DNA of 64,000 nt, taken from the IMG/VR virus record IMGVR_UViG_3300021958_000055; one strand, 5' to 3'. Source of the DNA: an uncultured virus (IMG/VR IMGVR_UViG_3300021958_000055). Taxonomy: Duplodnaviria > Heunggongvirae > Uroviricota > Caudoviricetes. Below the pieces are notes generated by a model that saw only the letters and a program-made list of their open reading frames with translations, had not been told where the DNA came from and made no database searches. Made by a program: the position numbers and the translations under genes. Shown piece after piece: positions 54,956 to 64,000 of the stretch; the stretch's first letter is position 1, and the number at the start of each line of letters is the position of its first letter.

Positions 54956-55282
54956 ATGGCACAAAACTTTAGACGATACACAAGCAATGATGTAGGAGCA
55001 TCAGCTGCAACATTATTCACAGCAAACAGTTATGATACTGTTGTTGGAATATCTGTAGCAAATGTAACAGCATCAGCAGTGAACGCATCTGTTTACATTA
55101 ATGATGCATCAAATGATATTTATCTTATCAAAGATGCACCTATACCTGCTGGTTCAGCTTTACAAGTATTAGATGGTGGAGCTAAATTTGTAGTTCAATC
55201 AGGTGATGCTTTAAAAGTTGTTTCTGATACAGCATCTTCATTAGATGTTTGGGTATCAACAGTAGACGATATTAGTTCATAA
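54956..55282 (+). CDS. tail-associated structural protein
   Basis: identical to 16573..16899. Confidence 0.7.
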   Translation: MAQNFRRYTSNDVGASAATLFTANSYDTVVGISVANVTASAVNASVYINDASNDIYLIKDAPIPAGSALQVLDGGAKFVVQSGDALKVVSDTASSLDVWVSTVDDISS

Positions 55283-55294
55283 GGAGAATAACAA

Positions 55295-56026
55295 ATGGGA
55301 TATGTAGGTAAAAAACCAACAGCAGCACCTTTAACTTCAAGTGATGTTACAGATGGAATTATATCTAATGCAAAATTAGCACAAGATATTATTTCTGCTG
55401 AAACTGCTTTAACTTCTGAACCAGCTGATACAGATGAGTTTATTTTATCTGATGCTGGAACTTTAAAAAGAATTGATTACAGTTTAATTAAAGGTGGTGG
55501 AGGATTAGTTCCTTTATCACACACAACTATTTCAAGTTCTACAGCCAGTGCTGCATTTACTTCAGGCATTGATAGCACTTATGATGCTTATAAATTTGTT
55601 CTTTCAGGTGTAAGACCTGTAACAGATGACGTAGATTTTCATTTATTATTTTCGGTTGATGGTGGATCAAGTTATCTTAGTAGTAGTTATAAGTATTCAG
55701 TAACATCAAGAGATTCAGGTACAAATGTAGAAGATGGAAGCAGTGATACTGCTAGTTTTATATTACTTACAGGTGATGATGTTGGAAGTGAATCTGATGA
55801 AAGTTTTAATGCAGAAATGGTTTTATATCATCCATCAAATACTACTTTTCATAAGCAAATAGCTTTTCAAGGTGTTTATTACGATCATGCTGCTTTACCT
55901 AATTACTTTTTAGGAATGGGAGCAAATTCAGGTTCTGTTGCGGCAGTAAATGGTATTAAATTTCAATTTGCTAGTGGCAATATAGCAGAAGGTAGTTTTA
56001 CAATGTACGGAATAGCAAAAGCATAG
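55295..56026 (+). CDS. tail fibre tip/adhesin family paralog 1
   Basis: identical to 16912..17643. Confidence 0.65.
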   Translation: MGYVGKKPTAAPLTSSDVTDGIISNAKLAQDIISAETALTSEPADTDEFILSDAGTLKRIDYSLIKGGGGLVPLSHTTISSSTASAAFTSGIDSTYDAYKFVLSGVRPVTDDVDFHLLFSVDGGSSYLSSSYKYSVTSRDSGTNVEDGSSDTASFILLTGDDVGSESDESFNAEMVLYHPSNTTFHKQIAFQGVYYDHAALPNYFLGMGANSGSVAAVNGIKFQFASGNIAEGSFTMYGIAKA

Positions 56027-56036
56027 GAGATAAATT

Positions 56037-57017
56037 ATGGCATATATAGGTAGAGAACCAACAATAGGAAACTTTCAAGTCTGCGATGCTATTAGTGTAG
56101 TTAATGGTCAAGCTGCATATACGATGCAAGTATCATCTGTAAATGTAGTACCTGAAACAGCTAACCACATGATCGTATCTTTAAATGGTGTTATTCAAGC
56201 ACCTGGTAGTTCTTATACTGTATCAGGTTCAACGATTACATTTGCATCGAACCTTGTAACAGGTGATGTTATAGACTTTATTCATATACTAGGATCAGTT
56301 CTTGATCTTGGTGTACCAAGCGATGACACAGTAACAGCAGCTAAAATATCTTCTAATGCTGTGACAGGTGCTAAATTAAATACAGATGTTATATCAGCTC
56401 AAACTGCTTTGGCTACTGCACCTGATGATACTGATGAGTTTTTAGTTAGTGATGCTGGGGTTTTAAAAAGAATTGACTATTCACTTATTAAAGGTGGTGG
56501 ACAATGGGAATTTATTTCTGAACTAACAGGTTCTTCATCAACTTCGACACTAGATTTTACAACCTTATCTACTGACTATAAAGATTTTTGTTTTTCAATG
56601 CAAAATCTGCATCCTGAAAGTGATAATGTAAGAGTATATATGAGAGTATTTACTGGTACTGGTGGATCACAGGCAATTGATAGTGGTGGTAATTACGGAT
56701 ATGCTGGAATAGTAAGATTTGATAGCACAACCACAGGTAATGGTGAATCACAAAATCAAATATATATTACTGACCTAGTAGGAAATGCCGATACGGAAAA
56801 TGCTGCAGGAGAAGTTTTTTTATACAATCCACATGAAACAACATTTCATAAACTTATAAAATCACATTCTGTTACTATGAGAAATGATAGTGTTGTTGGT
56901 ATTGGTAATTACGCTGGTAAATATAATAGTACTGTAGCAGTTACTGGTGTTAGATTTTATTTTTCTGCTGGTGAAATAAGTGGCAAAATAGCAATGTACG
57001 GCAGAAAACGATCATAG
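56037..57017 (+). CDS. tail fibre tip/adhesin family paralog 2
   Basis: identical to 17654..18634 except KYNSTV vs KYSNTG. Confidence 0.65.
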   Translation: MAYIGREPTIGNFQVCDAISVVNGQAAYTMQVSSVNVVPETANHMIVSLNGVIQAPGSSYTVSGSTITFASNLVTGDVIDFIHILGSVLDLGVPSDDTVTAAKISSNAVTGAKLNTDVISAQTALATAPDDTDEFLVSDAGVLKRIDYSLIKGGGQWEFISELTGSSSTSTLDFTTLSTDYKDFCFSMQNLHPESDNVRVYMRVFTGTGGSQAIDSGGNYGYAGIVRFDSTTTGNGESQNQIYITDLVGNADTENAAGEVFLYNPHETTFHKLIKSHSVTMRNDSVVGIGNYAGKYNSTVAVTGVRFYFSAGEISGKIAMYGRKRS

Positions 57018-57026
57018 GAGTAATCA

Positions 57027-57626
57027 ATGGCTCTTAACTTTGCTAACAACAATTCCTTATCAGCAATCACAGCAATACCAGCTAGTATTAGTGGTGGTGG
57101 ATTAAATTTAATATCTACACAGACAGCTAGTAGTAGTGCTAATTTATCTTTTACAAGTGGAATAAACAGTACGTACAAGGAATATATTTTTAAGTTTTAT
57201 AATATTCACCCATCAGCAACTTCTAATTTAACTTTTCAAGGTAGCACAAATAATGGCAGTTCTTATGGAGTTACTATTACCTCATCATTCTTTCAAGCTG
57301 AACATTCTGAAGCTGGAACAAATCCAGCATTAGGTTATCAAACATCAAGCGATTTAGCACAATCAACTGCATTTCAAAGAATATTTAGTAGTGTAAGCAC
57401 AAATGCTGATGATAGCGGAAGTGGAACTTTACACTTGTTTGAACCATCAAGCGACACATTTGTGAAGCATTTTATATCAACATCAAGCAATGTTGCTAGT
57501 GCTTATGAACAAAATTCATATATGGCAGGATATTTTAATTCTACGTCTGCAATAAATGCCATTCAATTTAAAATGTCATCAGGCAATATAGATTCAGGAG
57601 TTATAAAATTATATGGCGTTAGTTAA
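57027..57626 (+). CDS. tail fibre tip/adhesin family paralog 3
   Basis: homolog of 18645. Confidence 0.65.
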   Translation: MALNFANNNSLSAITAIPASISGGGLNLISTQTASSSANLSFTSGINSTYKEYIFKFYNIHPSATSNLTFQGSTNNGSSYGVTITSSFFQAEHSEAGTNPALGYQTSSDLAQSTAFQRIFSSVSTNADDSGSGTLHLFEPSSDTFVKHFISTSSNVASAYEQNSYMAGYFNSTSAINAIQFKMSSGNIDSGVIKLYGVS

Positions 57627-58227
57627 ATACAATAACAATTCTATAAGTGCTATTACTGAAACAGGTTTAGCAACAGGTTCATTAGTTTTAATTAAAACTC
57701 AAACTGCATCAGGTGATACTGCTGTTGATTTTACTCATGGAACAAATGACGTAGTATTTGATGGAACATATAACACTTATGTTTTTAAATTTATTAATAT
57801 TCATCCATCTACTGAAAACATTGGTTTCAGTTATAATTTTAGTACAGATGGTCAAGCAACTGCAGCTGTTAAAACAACTGTTGCTTGGAGATCATTTCAT
57901 AATGAAAGTGGAAGTGGTGGAGTATTAGATTATCAATCTGCTAAAGATGTAGCAAATGCGGCTGGAGATCAACCTATTACTTGGGATATGGAAAGTGATG
58001 ATGATGCTTCTGTTTCAGGTGAACTTTTTGTTTTTTCACCTGCTTCAACTACGTTTGTTAAACATTTTATGCATCAATCAAATGGTATACATTCAAACCC
58101 AGCTTGTTTTACAAATTTTTCTGCTGGATATGTTAATGTTACGGCAGCAGTTAATTCTGTTAGATTTTTAACAACATCAAATACATTTGATGGAACAATT
58201 AAACTATATGGATTAAAAGAAAGTTAA
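57613..58227 (+). CDS. tail fibre tip/adhesin family paralog 4
   Basis: same N-terminus as 19237, divergent domain. Confidence 0.65.
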   Translation: MALVKYNNNSISAITETGLATGSLVLIKTQTASGDTAVDFTHGTNDVVFDGTYNTYVFKFINIHPSTENIGFSYNFSTDGQATAAVKTTVAWRSFHNESGSGGVLDYQSAKDVANAAGDQPITWDMESDDDASVSGELFVFSPASTTFVKHFMHQSNGIHSNPACFTNFSAGYVNVTAAVNSVRFLTTSNTFDGTIKLYGLKES

Positions 58228-58228
58228 G

Positions 58229-58834
58229 ATGGCAATAGTTAAATTAAATAACAGAGCAGTAAAAGATGCAACAGCTTTTGGTAGCATAACAGGATTAGGT
58301 AATTTAGTTTTTATATCTAAACAAACTGCCAGTTCATCTGCTAGTGTTAGCTTCACATCAGGTATTGATAGCACTTACAAAGAATACATATTTTTTTTTT
58401 ATAATATGCACCCAGCTACTGATGGAGCAAACGTAACTTTTAATTTATCAACCGATGGTGGTTCTAATTATAATGTTACAAAGACTACTACATCTTTTAA
58501 TGCTTATCATGGAGAAAGTGGTTCTCCAGCAGGTTTAGGTTATGATACAGGTGATGATCTTGCACAAAGCACAAATTATCAAACAATAGCTACAGCGATA
58601 GGAAGTGATGATGACCAAAATACCTCAGGTTATCTTCACCTTTTTGATCCATCAAACGACACATTTGTAAAACATTTTATAGCAAAATCAAATGTAAGTA
58701 ATTTAAATGATAGAAGTGTTAATTGTTTAACTGCTGGCTACGGAAATACTACGTCAGCAATTAATGCAGTAGATTTCAAGATGTCGTCAGGCAATATAGA
58801 TGCTGGCGAAATAACACTTTTCGGAGTAGCTTAA
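58229..58834 (+). CDS. tail fibre tip/adhesin family paralog 5
   Basis: same N-terminus as 19851. Confidence 0.65.
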   Translation: MAIVKLNNRAVKDATAFGSITGLGNLVFISKQTASSSASVSFTSGIDSTYKEYIFFFYNMHPATDGANVTFNLSTDGGSNYNVTKTTTSFNAYHGESGSPAGLGYDTGDDLAQSTNYQTIATAIGSDDDQNTSGYLHLFDPSNDTFVKHFIAKSNVSNLNDRSVNCLTAGYGNTTSAINAVDFKMSSGNIDAGEITLFGVA

Positions 58835-58867
58835 TTATGATAATAACAAACCAACAAGGAGAACAAT

Positions 58868-59164
58868 ATGCCTAGATATAAAATGGTAAATGGTGAACGT
58901 ATTCAGTTCACAGCAGAAGAAGAAGCAGCTAGAGATGCTGAAGAAGCAGCTTGGGCTGATGGTGCTAAAGATAGATCAATGGTTAATCTAAGAGCAAAAA
59001 GAAATAATTTGCTTAAAGAAACAGATCACTATGGTTTATCTGATGTAACTATGTCTGCTGATATGGCAACATACAGACAAAATCTTAGAGATTTGCCTGG
59101 TACTGTTACTGATGAAAATACTGCTGCTGAAGTTGATGCTATCACATTTCCAACAAAACCATAA
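58868..59164 (+). CDS. tail fibre assembly chaperone
   Basis: near-identical to 20491..20787. Confidence 0.8.
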   Translation: MPRYKMVNGERIQFTAEEEAARDAEEAAWADGAKDRSMVNLRAKRNNLLKETDHYGLSDVTMSADMATYRQNLRDLPGTVTDENTAAEVDAITFPTKP

Positions 59165-59505
59165 TGGCTAATATATACAAAAATGCAATGTTTGATCTTA
59201 CAACGACAGACAAAACAACTGTATATACTTGTCCTACAAATAGAACTGCATTAATTAAATCTATACAGATTACCAATATACATAGTGGTACTGTTGAAGT
59301 AGAAGCATTTACAACAGACGCATCTGATTCTGGTGCAGAGTATGAAGTAGCTCACATATCATTAGGATCAAAAACAGTAGAGAATTTAGTTAAAGGAACA
59401 ATGGTTTTAGAAGCTGGTGATGCCTTGAAGTTAGAAGCTGCATCTGCTAATCATATAGCTGGTATTGTTAGCTATTTAGAAATTTTTGACGAAAAAAGTC
59501 CTTAA
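59164..59505 (+). CDS. putative structural protein
   Basis: paralog of 20787. Confidence 0.65.
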   Translation: MANIYKNAMFDLTTTDKTTVYTCPTNRTALIKSIQITNIHSGTVEVEAFTTDASDSGAEYEVAHISLGSKTVENLVKGTMVLEAGDALKLEAASANHIAGIVSYLEIFDEKSP

Positions 59506-59529
59506 CAAAGATAAGATATTAGTGTATTT

Positions 59530-59973
59530 ATGGAATTAGTTAGAATACCTGTCAAAGAACTTGATAAGGTTTGGGCAATCGTAGAAAAAGATATTAAAAA
59601 TGCTCTAGCTTATTCAAGTCAACTTACTAGCTCAGATTTTGTTTTAAATAAAACCAAAGAAGGAAAGTTTCAAATTTGGGTTTTATGGGATAAAACAAAA
59701 CCTACATCAGTAGAAAAATATTTTGGTGTAGTCGTAACTGAGATTATAAAAAGACAGTTAGGAAAAGTTTGCCACATATATATTATGACCGGTAAACAAA
59801 GACACAAATGGCAACATTTAGTCAAAGACATTGAGCAGTTTGCAAAAGACGAAGAATGTCAAATGATGGAATTAATTGCTAGACCAGGTTGGAAAAAAGT
59901 TTTAAACAATTTTGGTTATAATATGACTCATGTTGTATTAGAAAAAAAAATTAAACAAGAGGAGAAAAAATGA
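59530..59973 (+). CDS. GNAT-like protein preceding the ejection genes
   Basis: paralog of 21125. Confidence 0.5.
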   Translation: MELVRIPVKELDKVWAIVEKDIKNALAYSSQLTSSDFVLNKTKEGKFQIWVLWDKTKPTSVEKYFGVVVTEIIKRQLGKVCHIYIMTGKQRHKWQHLVKDIEQFAKDEECQMMELIARPGWKKVLNNFGYNMTHVVLEKKIKQEEKK

Positions 59974-60677
59974 GTTTTGGAGGAGGATCATCAGGAGGTG
60001 GTCAAACAACTACACAATCAGTTCAACCTTACGCAGCAGCACAACCAGCATTAAATCAAATTATTTCAGAAGCAGGTCAACTTTATGCTCAAGGTCCACA
60101 AGCAGCAGGTTATGTTGCACCTACAACTCAAACTTTAACAGGTCTTGCACAACAAGAACAATTAGGAACAGCAGCACAACAACAATTAGCTGCAACTCTT
60201 GGCGGACAATATTTAAATCCTTTTCTTTCACCTTTAATACAAAAATCTGCTGGAGATATTTATACTAATGTAGCTCAACAATTTAGTGGAGCAGGTAGAA
60301 CACCTACATCACCATTAGCACAACAACAAGTAACTTCTCAAGTTGCTCAAGCTGCTTTACCTTTAGCTTTTCAACAATACGATGCTGAAAGAGCTAGACA
60401 ATTAGGTATTGCAACAAGAGCTCCTTCATTATTACAAACAGGTCAACAATTAGAACAAATACAAAGACAACAAAACTTAGCACCAGCTCAAGCCTTACAA
60501 CAATATGCTGGTTTAGTTTCACCTATTGCATCAGGCTTTCCTGTAACAGCAGGTCAAGTAGATACAAGAGCAAACCCATTAACAACTGCAGCAGGTGGAG
60601 CATTAATAGGTTCTGCTATTCCTGGTGTAGGACCATTAATAGGTGCTGGAGCAGGATTATTAGGAGGATTACTTTAA
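59970..60677 (+). CDS. DNA ejection / internal virion protein
   Basis: paralog of 21561. Confidence 0.6.
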   Translation: MSFGGGSSGGGQTTTQSVQPYAAAQPALNQIISEAGQLYAQGPQAAGYVAPTTQTLTGLAQQEQLGTAAQQQLAATLGGQYLNPFLSPLIQKSAGDIYTNVAQQFSGAGRTPTSPLAQQQVTSQVAQAALPLAFQQYDAERARQLGIATRAPSLLQTGQQLEQIQRQQNLAPAQALQQYAGLVSPIASGFPVTAGQVDTRANPLTTAAGGALIGSAIPGVGPLIGAGAGLLGGLL

Positions 60678-60796
60678 TGGATAAAATAAGAAAGATCATG
60701 TATGACTTTGACATTAAGATACAAAAAAATCCTAGCAAAGCCTTAATAGGAATGTTTATAGCTTTTTGTTTAGTTATTATAATTTTTGGAGGTTAA
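60677..60796 (+). CDS. 39-aa membrane micro-protein (not in the ORF track)
   Basis: MDKIRKIMYDFDIKIQKNPSKALIGMFIAFCLVIIIFGG; TAATG-coupled. Confidence 0.55.
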   Translation: MDKIRKIMYDFDIKIQKNPSKALIGMFIAFCLVIIIFGG

Positions 60797-60797
60797 T

Positions 60798-61688
60798 ATG
60801 AGTTCAGGTTCAGGATCTGATTCTGGAAGTTCAGGCGAAGTAACAGCAGATTACTATGGTCCAGATTCTTCATTAGTAGATGAAGTTGCTTTAACTGGTG
60901 GTTCAACTTATTCAACAGGTTTTGAAGGATCACCTGAATTAGGTGGTCAAGGAACTAGAACTGAAACAACGTATGGAGGTGGTGATGATAATTTTAGTAA
61001 TGGTGACGATATTGATGCTACTTACACAACAGGAACAGAGTTTAATGTAACACCAACTCAAGAACAAACATTTGGTGATAAAGTTACAGATTATATTACA
61101 AGTGGTGGTTTAATAGGTGCAGGTATTAGAACTGTATCAGATATTTTTGGAACACCTGAAAATCAATATGCTGGTATTACCGGTGAAGATGGATATGGAG
61201 AGGGTGATTATGTTTCTACCCTTGACGACTTTGCAGAATCAAGAGGTTTAGGAACATCTTATGCTGATTTAGATTTAGAGGGTCAAGCATTTATAGATCA
61301 AGAAGCATTTAATGCAGGTTACAGATCACCAGCTTTTCAAGACTTATATCAATCAGGAGATACTCAAAACATACAAAATTTAAATCAACCTGAGTCTGAC
61401 TTAGTGAAACAACTTATCCCCCAAGCACCTTTTGCTATAAGTGGTGGTCAAGCACCTAAATCTATGGTAAACGATTATTTTGCTAATATAGGTAATCAAT
61501 CAGGGCTTTCATCTCAGTTAGAAAGCGACTATAATGCTGCAAAAGCTAATGTAGCACAAACTATGGCTATTACCCCTTTAGCACAACAGTTTGGCTACTC
61601 TACGCAGCCGTATGGAGCTTTAACGGCACAAAATTTAGGTACGAACCCTTTTAACATTCCGTATCTACAAACAAGAGGATTAATATAA
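60798..61688 (+). CDS. putative internal virion protein
   Basis: paralog of 22280; GGAGG SD before ATG at 60798. Confidence 0.6.
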   Translation: MSSGSGSDSGSSGEVTADYYGPDSSLVDEVALTGGSTYSTGFEGSPELGGQGTRTETTYGGGDDNFSNGDDIDATYTTGTEFNVTPTQEQTFGDKVTDYITSGGLIGAGIRTVSDIFGTPENQYAGITGEDGYGEGDYVSTLDDFAESRGLGTSYADLDLEGQAFIDQEAFNAGYRSPAFQDLYQSGDTQNIQNLNQPESDLVKQLIPQAPFAISGGQAPKSMVNDYFANIGNQSGLSSQLESDYNAAKANVAQTMAITPLAQQFGYSTQPYGALTAQNLGTNPFNIPYLQTRGLI

Positions 61689-62665
61689 TGGCAATAGAAG
61701 ATAATAGATTTAGAAAAATGTTGATGATGGACTACGCAACCAAACAACAACAAAAAGGATTGTTAGATCAACCTCAAGTTGGAGGAGGTTTATTAAATAA
61801 TTTAGGAAATATAAATCCTAATATTTTAATTGGTGCAAGTATTGCTGGTCAAGGATTAAAAGGTCAAGATCCTTTTAGTTCTTTAATACCTGCTGTAACT
61901 CAAACTGCACAAATACAACAATTACTAAGACCTAAAAGTAGAGGAACTAAATCTGTATATAATCAAAAAACAGGTAAAACAGAATTTGCAACTGAACAAG
62001 ATATTGCACAAAACCCTAATTTAGTACCTGTACCTACAGGCACAGTAACAAGATTTAATACTGAAACTGGTCAAGTAGAAATTTTACCAGCAGGTTTAGC
62101 AGGACAACAAATTAAAGATCAAACAAAAGCAAAGGGTTTAGAAACTCAATACAATATTTTAACAGAATTTATTGGCGATATGAAAACAAGATTACCTAAA
62201 ACAAAAACAGGAGTTGTTGGTGTAGGTTACGCTGTAGCTGAAGGTTTTGCAGATCAAACTTCACAATTAGCTGAAAGTTTAGGTGTTAAAAATACATTAA
62301 TTATAGAAGATACAGAAGCTATTGATAAATATTTAAAATCAAAAGGTTTTACAGAAGGTGCAAAAAATTATGCAACAATGAAATCTTCAGTAACTAATTT
62401 AGGATATGCTTTAGCTAAAATTGCTGAACCTAATAATCCAAGATTATCTGAAGGGGATATTATAAGACAATTAAATAGAATAAATTTTGGTGGTTCAAGA
62501 GAAGTATTTTCTTCATCTTTAGATCAAATTTTAAAAGAAGAAGGTATAAGAGCTAAAGCAGAAATAAAATCATTAGGTGGAGATATTTCAATTTTTGAAC
62601 CTAAAAAGAAAAAGAAAAAAGAAGAAGGTAAACCAGAAGGTTACGATCCTTTAGGTATTTTATAA
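61688..62665 (+). CDS. putative internal virion protein
   Basis: 325-aa ORF in the ejection cluster; little similarity to 23173. Confidence 0.55.
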   Translation: MAIEDNRFRKMLMMDYATKQQQKGLLDQPQVGGGLLNNLGNINPNILIGASIAGQGLKGQDPFSSLIPAVTQTAQIQQLLRPKSRGTKSVYNQKTGKTEFATEQDIAQNPNLVPVPTGTVTRFNTETGQVEILPAGLAGQQIKDQTKAKGLETQYNILTEFIGDMKTRLPKTKTGVVGVGYAVAEGFADQTSQLAESLGVKNTLIIEDTEAIDKYLKSKGFTEGAKNYATMKSSVTNLGYALAKIAEPNNPRLSEGDIIRQLNRINFGGSREVFSSSLDQILKEEGIRAKAEIKSLGGDISIFEPKKKKKKEEGKPEGYDPLGIL

Positions 62666-62666
62666 T

Positions 62667-64000
62667 ATGTCATCTATAGCTGATTATAAAAAACAGCATC
62701 CTGAGTATGCAAATATACCTGATATAAAATTGGCTGAAACTTTGTATGAAAAAGCATACAAAGGAAAAATTGATGAAAGTGATTTTTATAAACAAGCATT
62801 TCCTAATATAGCTTCTAAAAGACTTAGTGAAGAAATTATATTTCCTGATGATGAATTTGGAAGTAATTTTGAATTTAAAGAAACAGAATCAAAATTTAAA
62901 CCTATAACATCTGAAATAGCTAAAGTTTCTGGTGTTGCTGTAAATGATCCTGCTTCAAGTAAAGCAAGATTTGGTGCTTCATTAGGTTATAATCAAGAAC
63001 AAAAAAAATTGGCAGTAAAAAATAGTTTATCAAAATTATATAATCAAGATGTAGATGTAAGAGTAGGTCCTAATACAGGAGAGTTAGAATATTATAATCC
63101 TAAAACTAAACAATATGCTTTAGTAGATGCACCAGGAGTTGATTTAGGTGATTTTGCAGATTTAGGAGGAGATGCTATGATTGTTATTCCAGATTTAGTT
63201 GCAACGATTGGTGTAGGAGCTGCAACAGGAGGTGCAGGAGGAATAGCGGCAGGTGCTTTAGCTGCAGGTGCAGGTGAATATGCAAGATTAAAATTAGGTC
63301 AAAAACTTTATAACATAAATGAAGATTTAACAGATCAAGAATTATTTAATGAAGCTCTTAAAACAGCAGGAATATCTCTTGCTGCTGGTACTGCTGGATT
63401 AGCAGTTGCTAATACTATTAAAGGTGTAAACAATTTAATCAAAGGAAGAATAGTTGGAGATGATGCTTTAAAAGTTTTAGATGATGTAAAAGAACCTGAT
63501 CAAATAGCTAAAACTATAAATGACACTTTAGATAAAGCTAACATAAACTCAAAAGTTAAATTTACTTTAGCACAAGCTATAGATGATGCTGATATGTTAT
63601 CAACTCAACAAGCATTTGAAAATGTAAAAAGACTTGGTTACATGAACGAATTTAGAGAATTTGGTAGAAATCAAGCAACAGCATTAAATGATTATTTTAC
63701 TGTTTTAAAATCTGGTTTTGGAACAGGTTCAGGAACTAAACCAATAAATACTTTTGATGCAGGTGTTTTAATTCAAGATGTTGTTAAAAAAAGACAAAAT
63801 CCTGTTATACAAAATATTATTAAAAAACAACAACAATCAGAAGAATTACTTACAAAATCTATATTTAGACTACCTGATGGAAGTTCAAAAGTAACTGGTG
63901 TTGAAGCTAGATCAATTATAAATGATTTAGGAAAAACTTATAAACAAAATGTAGATAAAGCAGGTAAAGCGTTAGATGCTGCAACAGGTCTTAAAATGAT
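62667..64000 (+). CDS. large internal virion / ejection protein, partial (runs off the window)
   Basis: MSSIADYKKQHPEYANIPDIKLAE..., frame appears open to the window end; Gly/Ala hydrophobic stretches. Confidence 0.65.
   Translation, partial: MSSIADYKKQHPEYANIPDIKLAETLYEKAYKGKIDESDFYKQAFPNIASKRLSEEIIFPDDEFGSNFEFKETESKFKPITSEIAKVSGVAVNDPASSKARFGASLGYNQEQKKLAVKNSLSKLYNQDVDVRVGPNTGELEYYNPKTKQYALVDAPGVDLGDFADLGGDAMIVIPDLVATIGVGAATGGAGGIAAGALAAGAGEYARLKLGQKLYNINEDLTDQELFNEALKTAGISLAAGTAGLAVANTIKGVNNLIKGRIVGDDALKVLDDVKEPDQIAKTINDTLDKANINSKVKFTLAQAIDDADMLSTQQAFENVKRLGYMNEFREFGRNQATALNDYFTVLKSGFGTGSGTKPINTFDAGVLIQDVVKKRQNPVIQNIIKKQQQSEELLTKSIFRLPDGSSKVTGVEARSIINDLGKTYKQNVDKAGKALDAATGLKM

Larger units (their letters stand above)
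54004..57020 (+). repeat. ~3.0 kb direct repeat, copy 2
   Basis: matches 15621..18637. Confidence 0.95.

Noticed and set aside
1..64000. Integrated prophage, integrase/att sites, DNA or RNA polymerase, alternative genetic code
   Set aside because: No host genes, recombinase or polymerase motifs recognised; long genes are intact in the standard code

Overview
AT-rich tailed-phage DNA with no cellular genes. It holds two complete, paralogous podovirus-type morphogenesis modules (TerS, TerL, portal, scaffold, major capsid, adaptor, nozzle, tail fibres, ejection proteins) at about 3.9-28.3 kb and 44-64 kb. The gene order resembles marine HTVC010P-like pelagiphages; an alphaproteobacterial (SAR11-like) host is inferred, not shown. 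The modules differ throughout except for a ~3.0 kb near-identical tail-fibre block repeated at an offset of exactly 38,383 bp. The DNA between the copies contains one full phage gene set. The window is therefore best read as phage B (~38.4 kb circle) joined into phage A through the shared block, either as a figure-eight assembly or a real cointegrate. Non-coding highlights: a canonical type II hammerhead ribozyme in the phage A early operon; a kissing-loop RNA after both capsid genes and a hairpin before both scaffold genes, each with compensatory base changes; further structured RNA candidates; a lambda-like iteron origin; LexA- and NrdR-box-like sites; and a methyltransferase flanked by a 15-bp direct repeat. 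All comparisons were made by eye. Protein family names come from motif recognition, not database searches.
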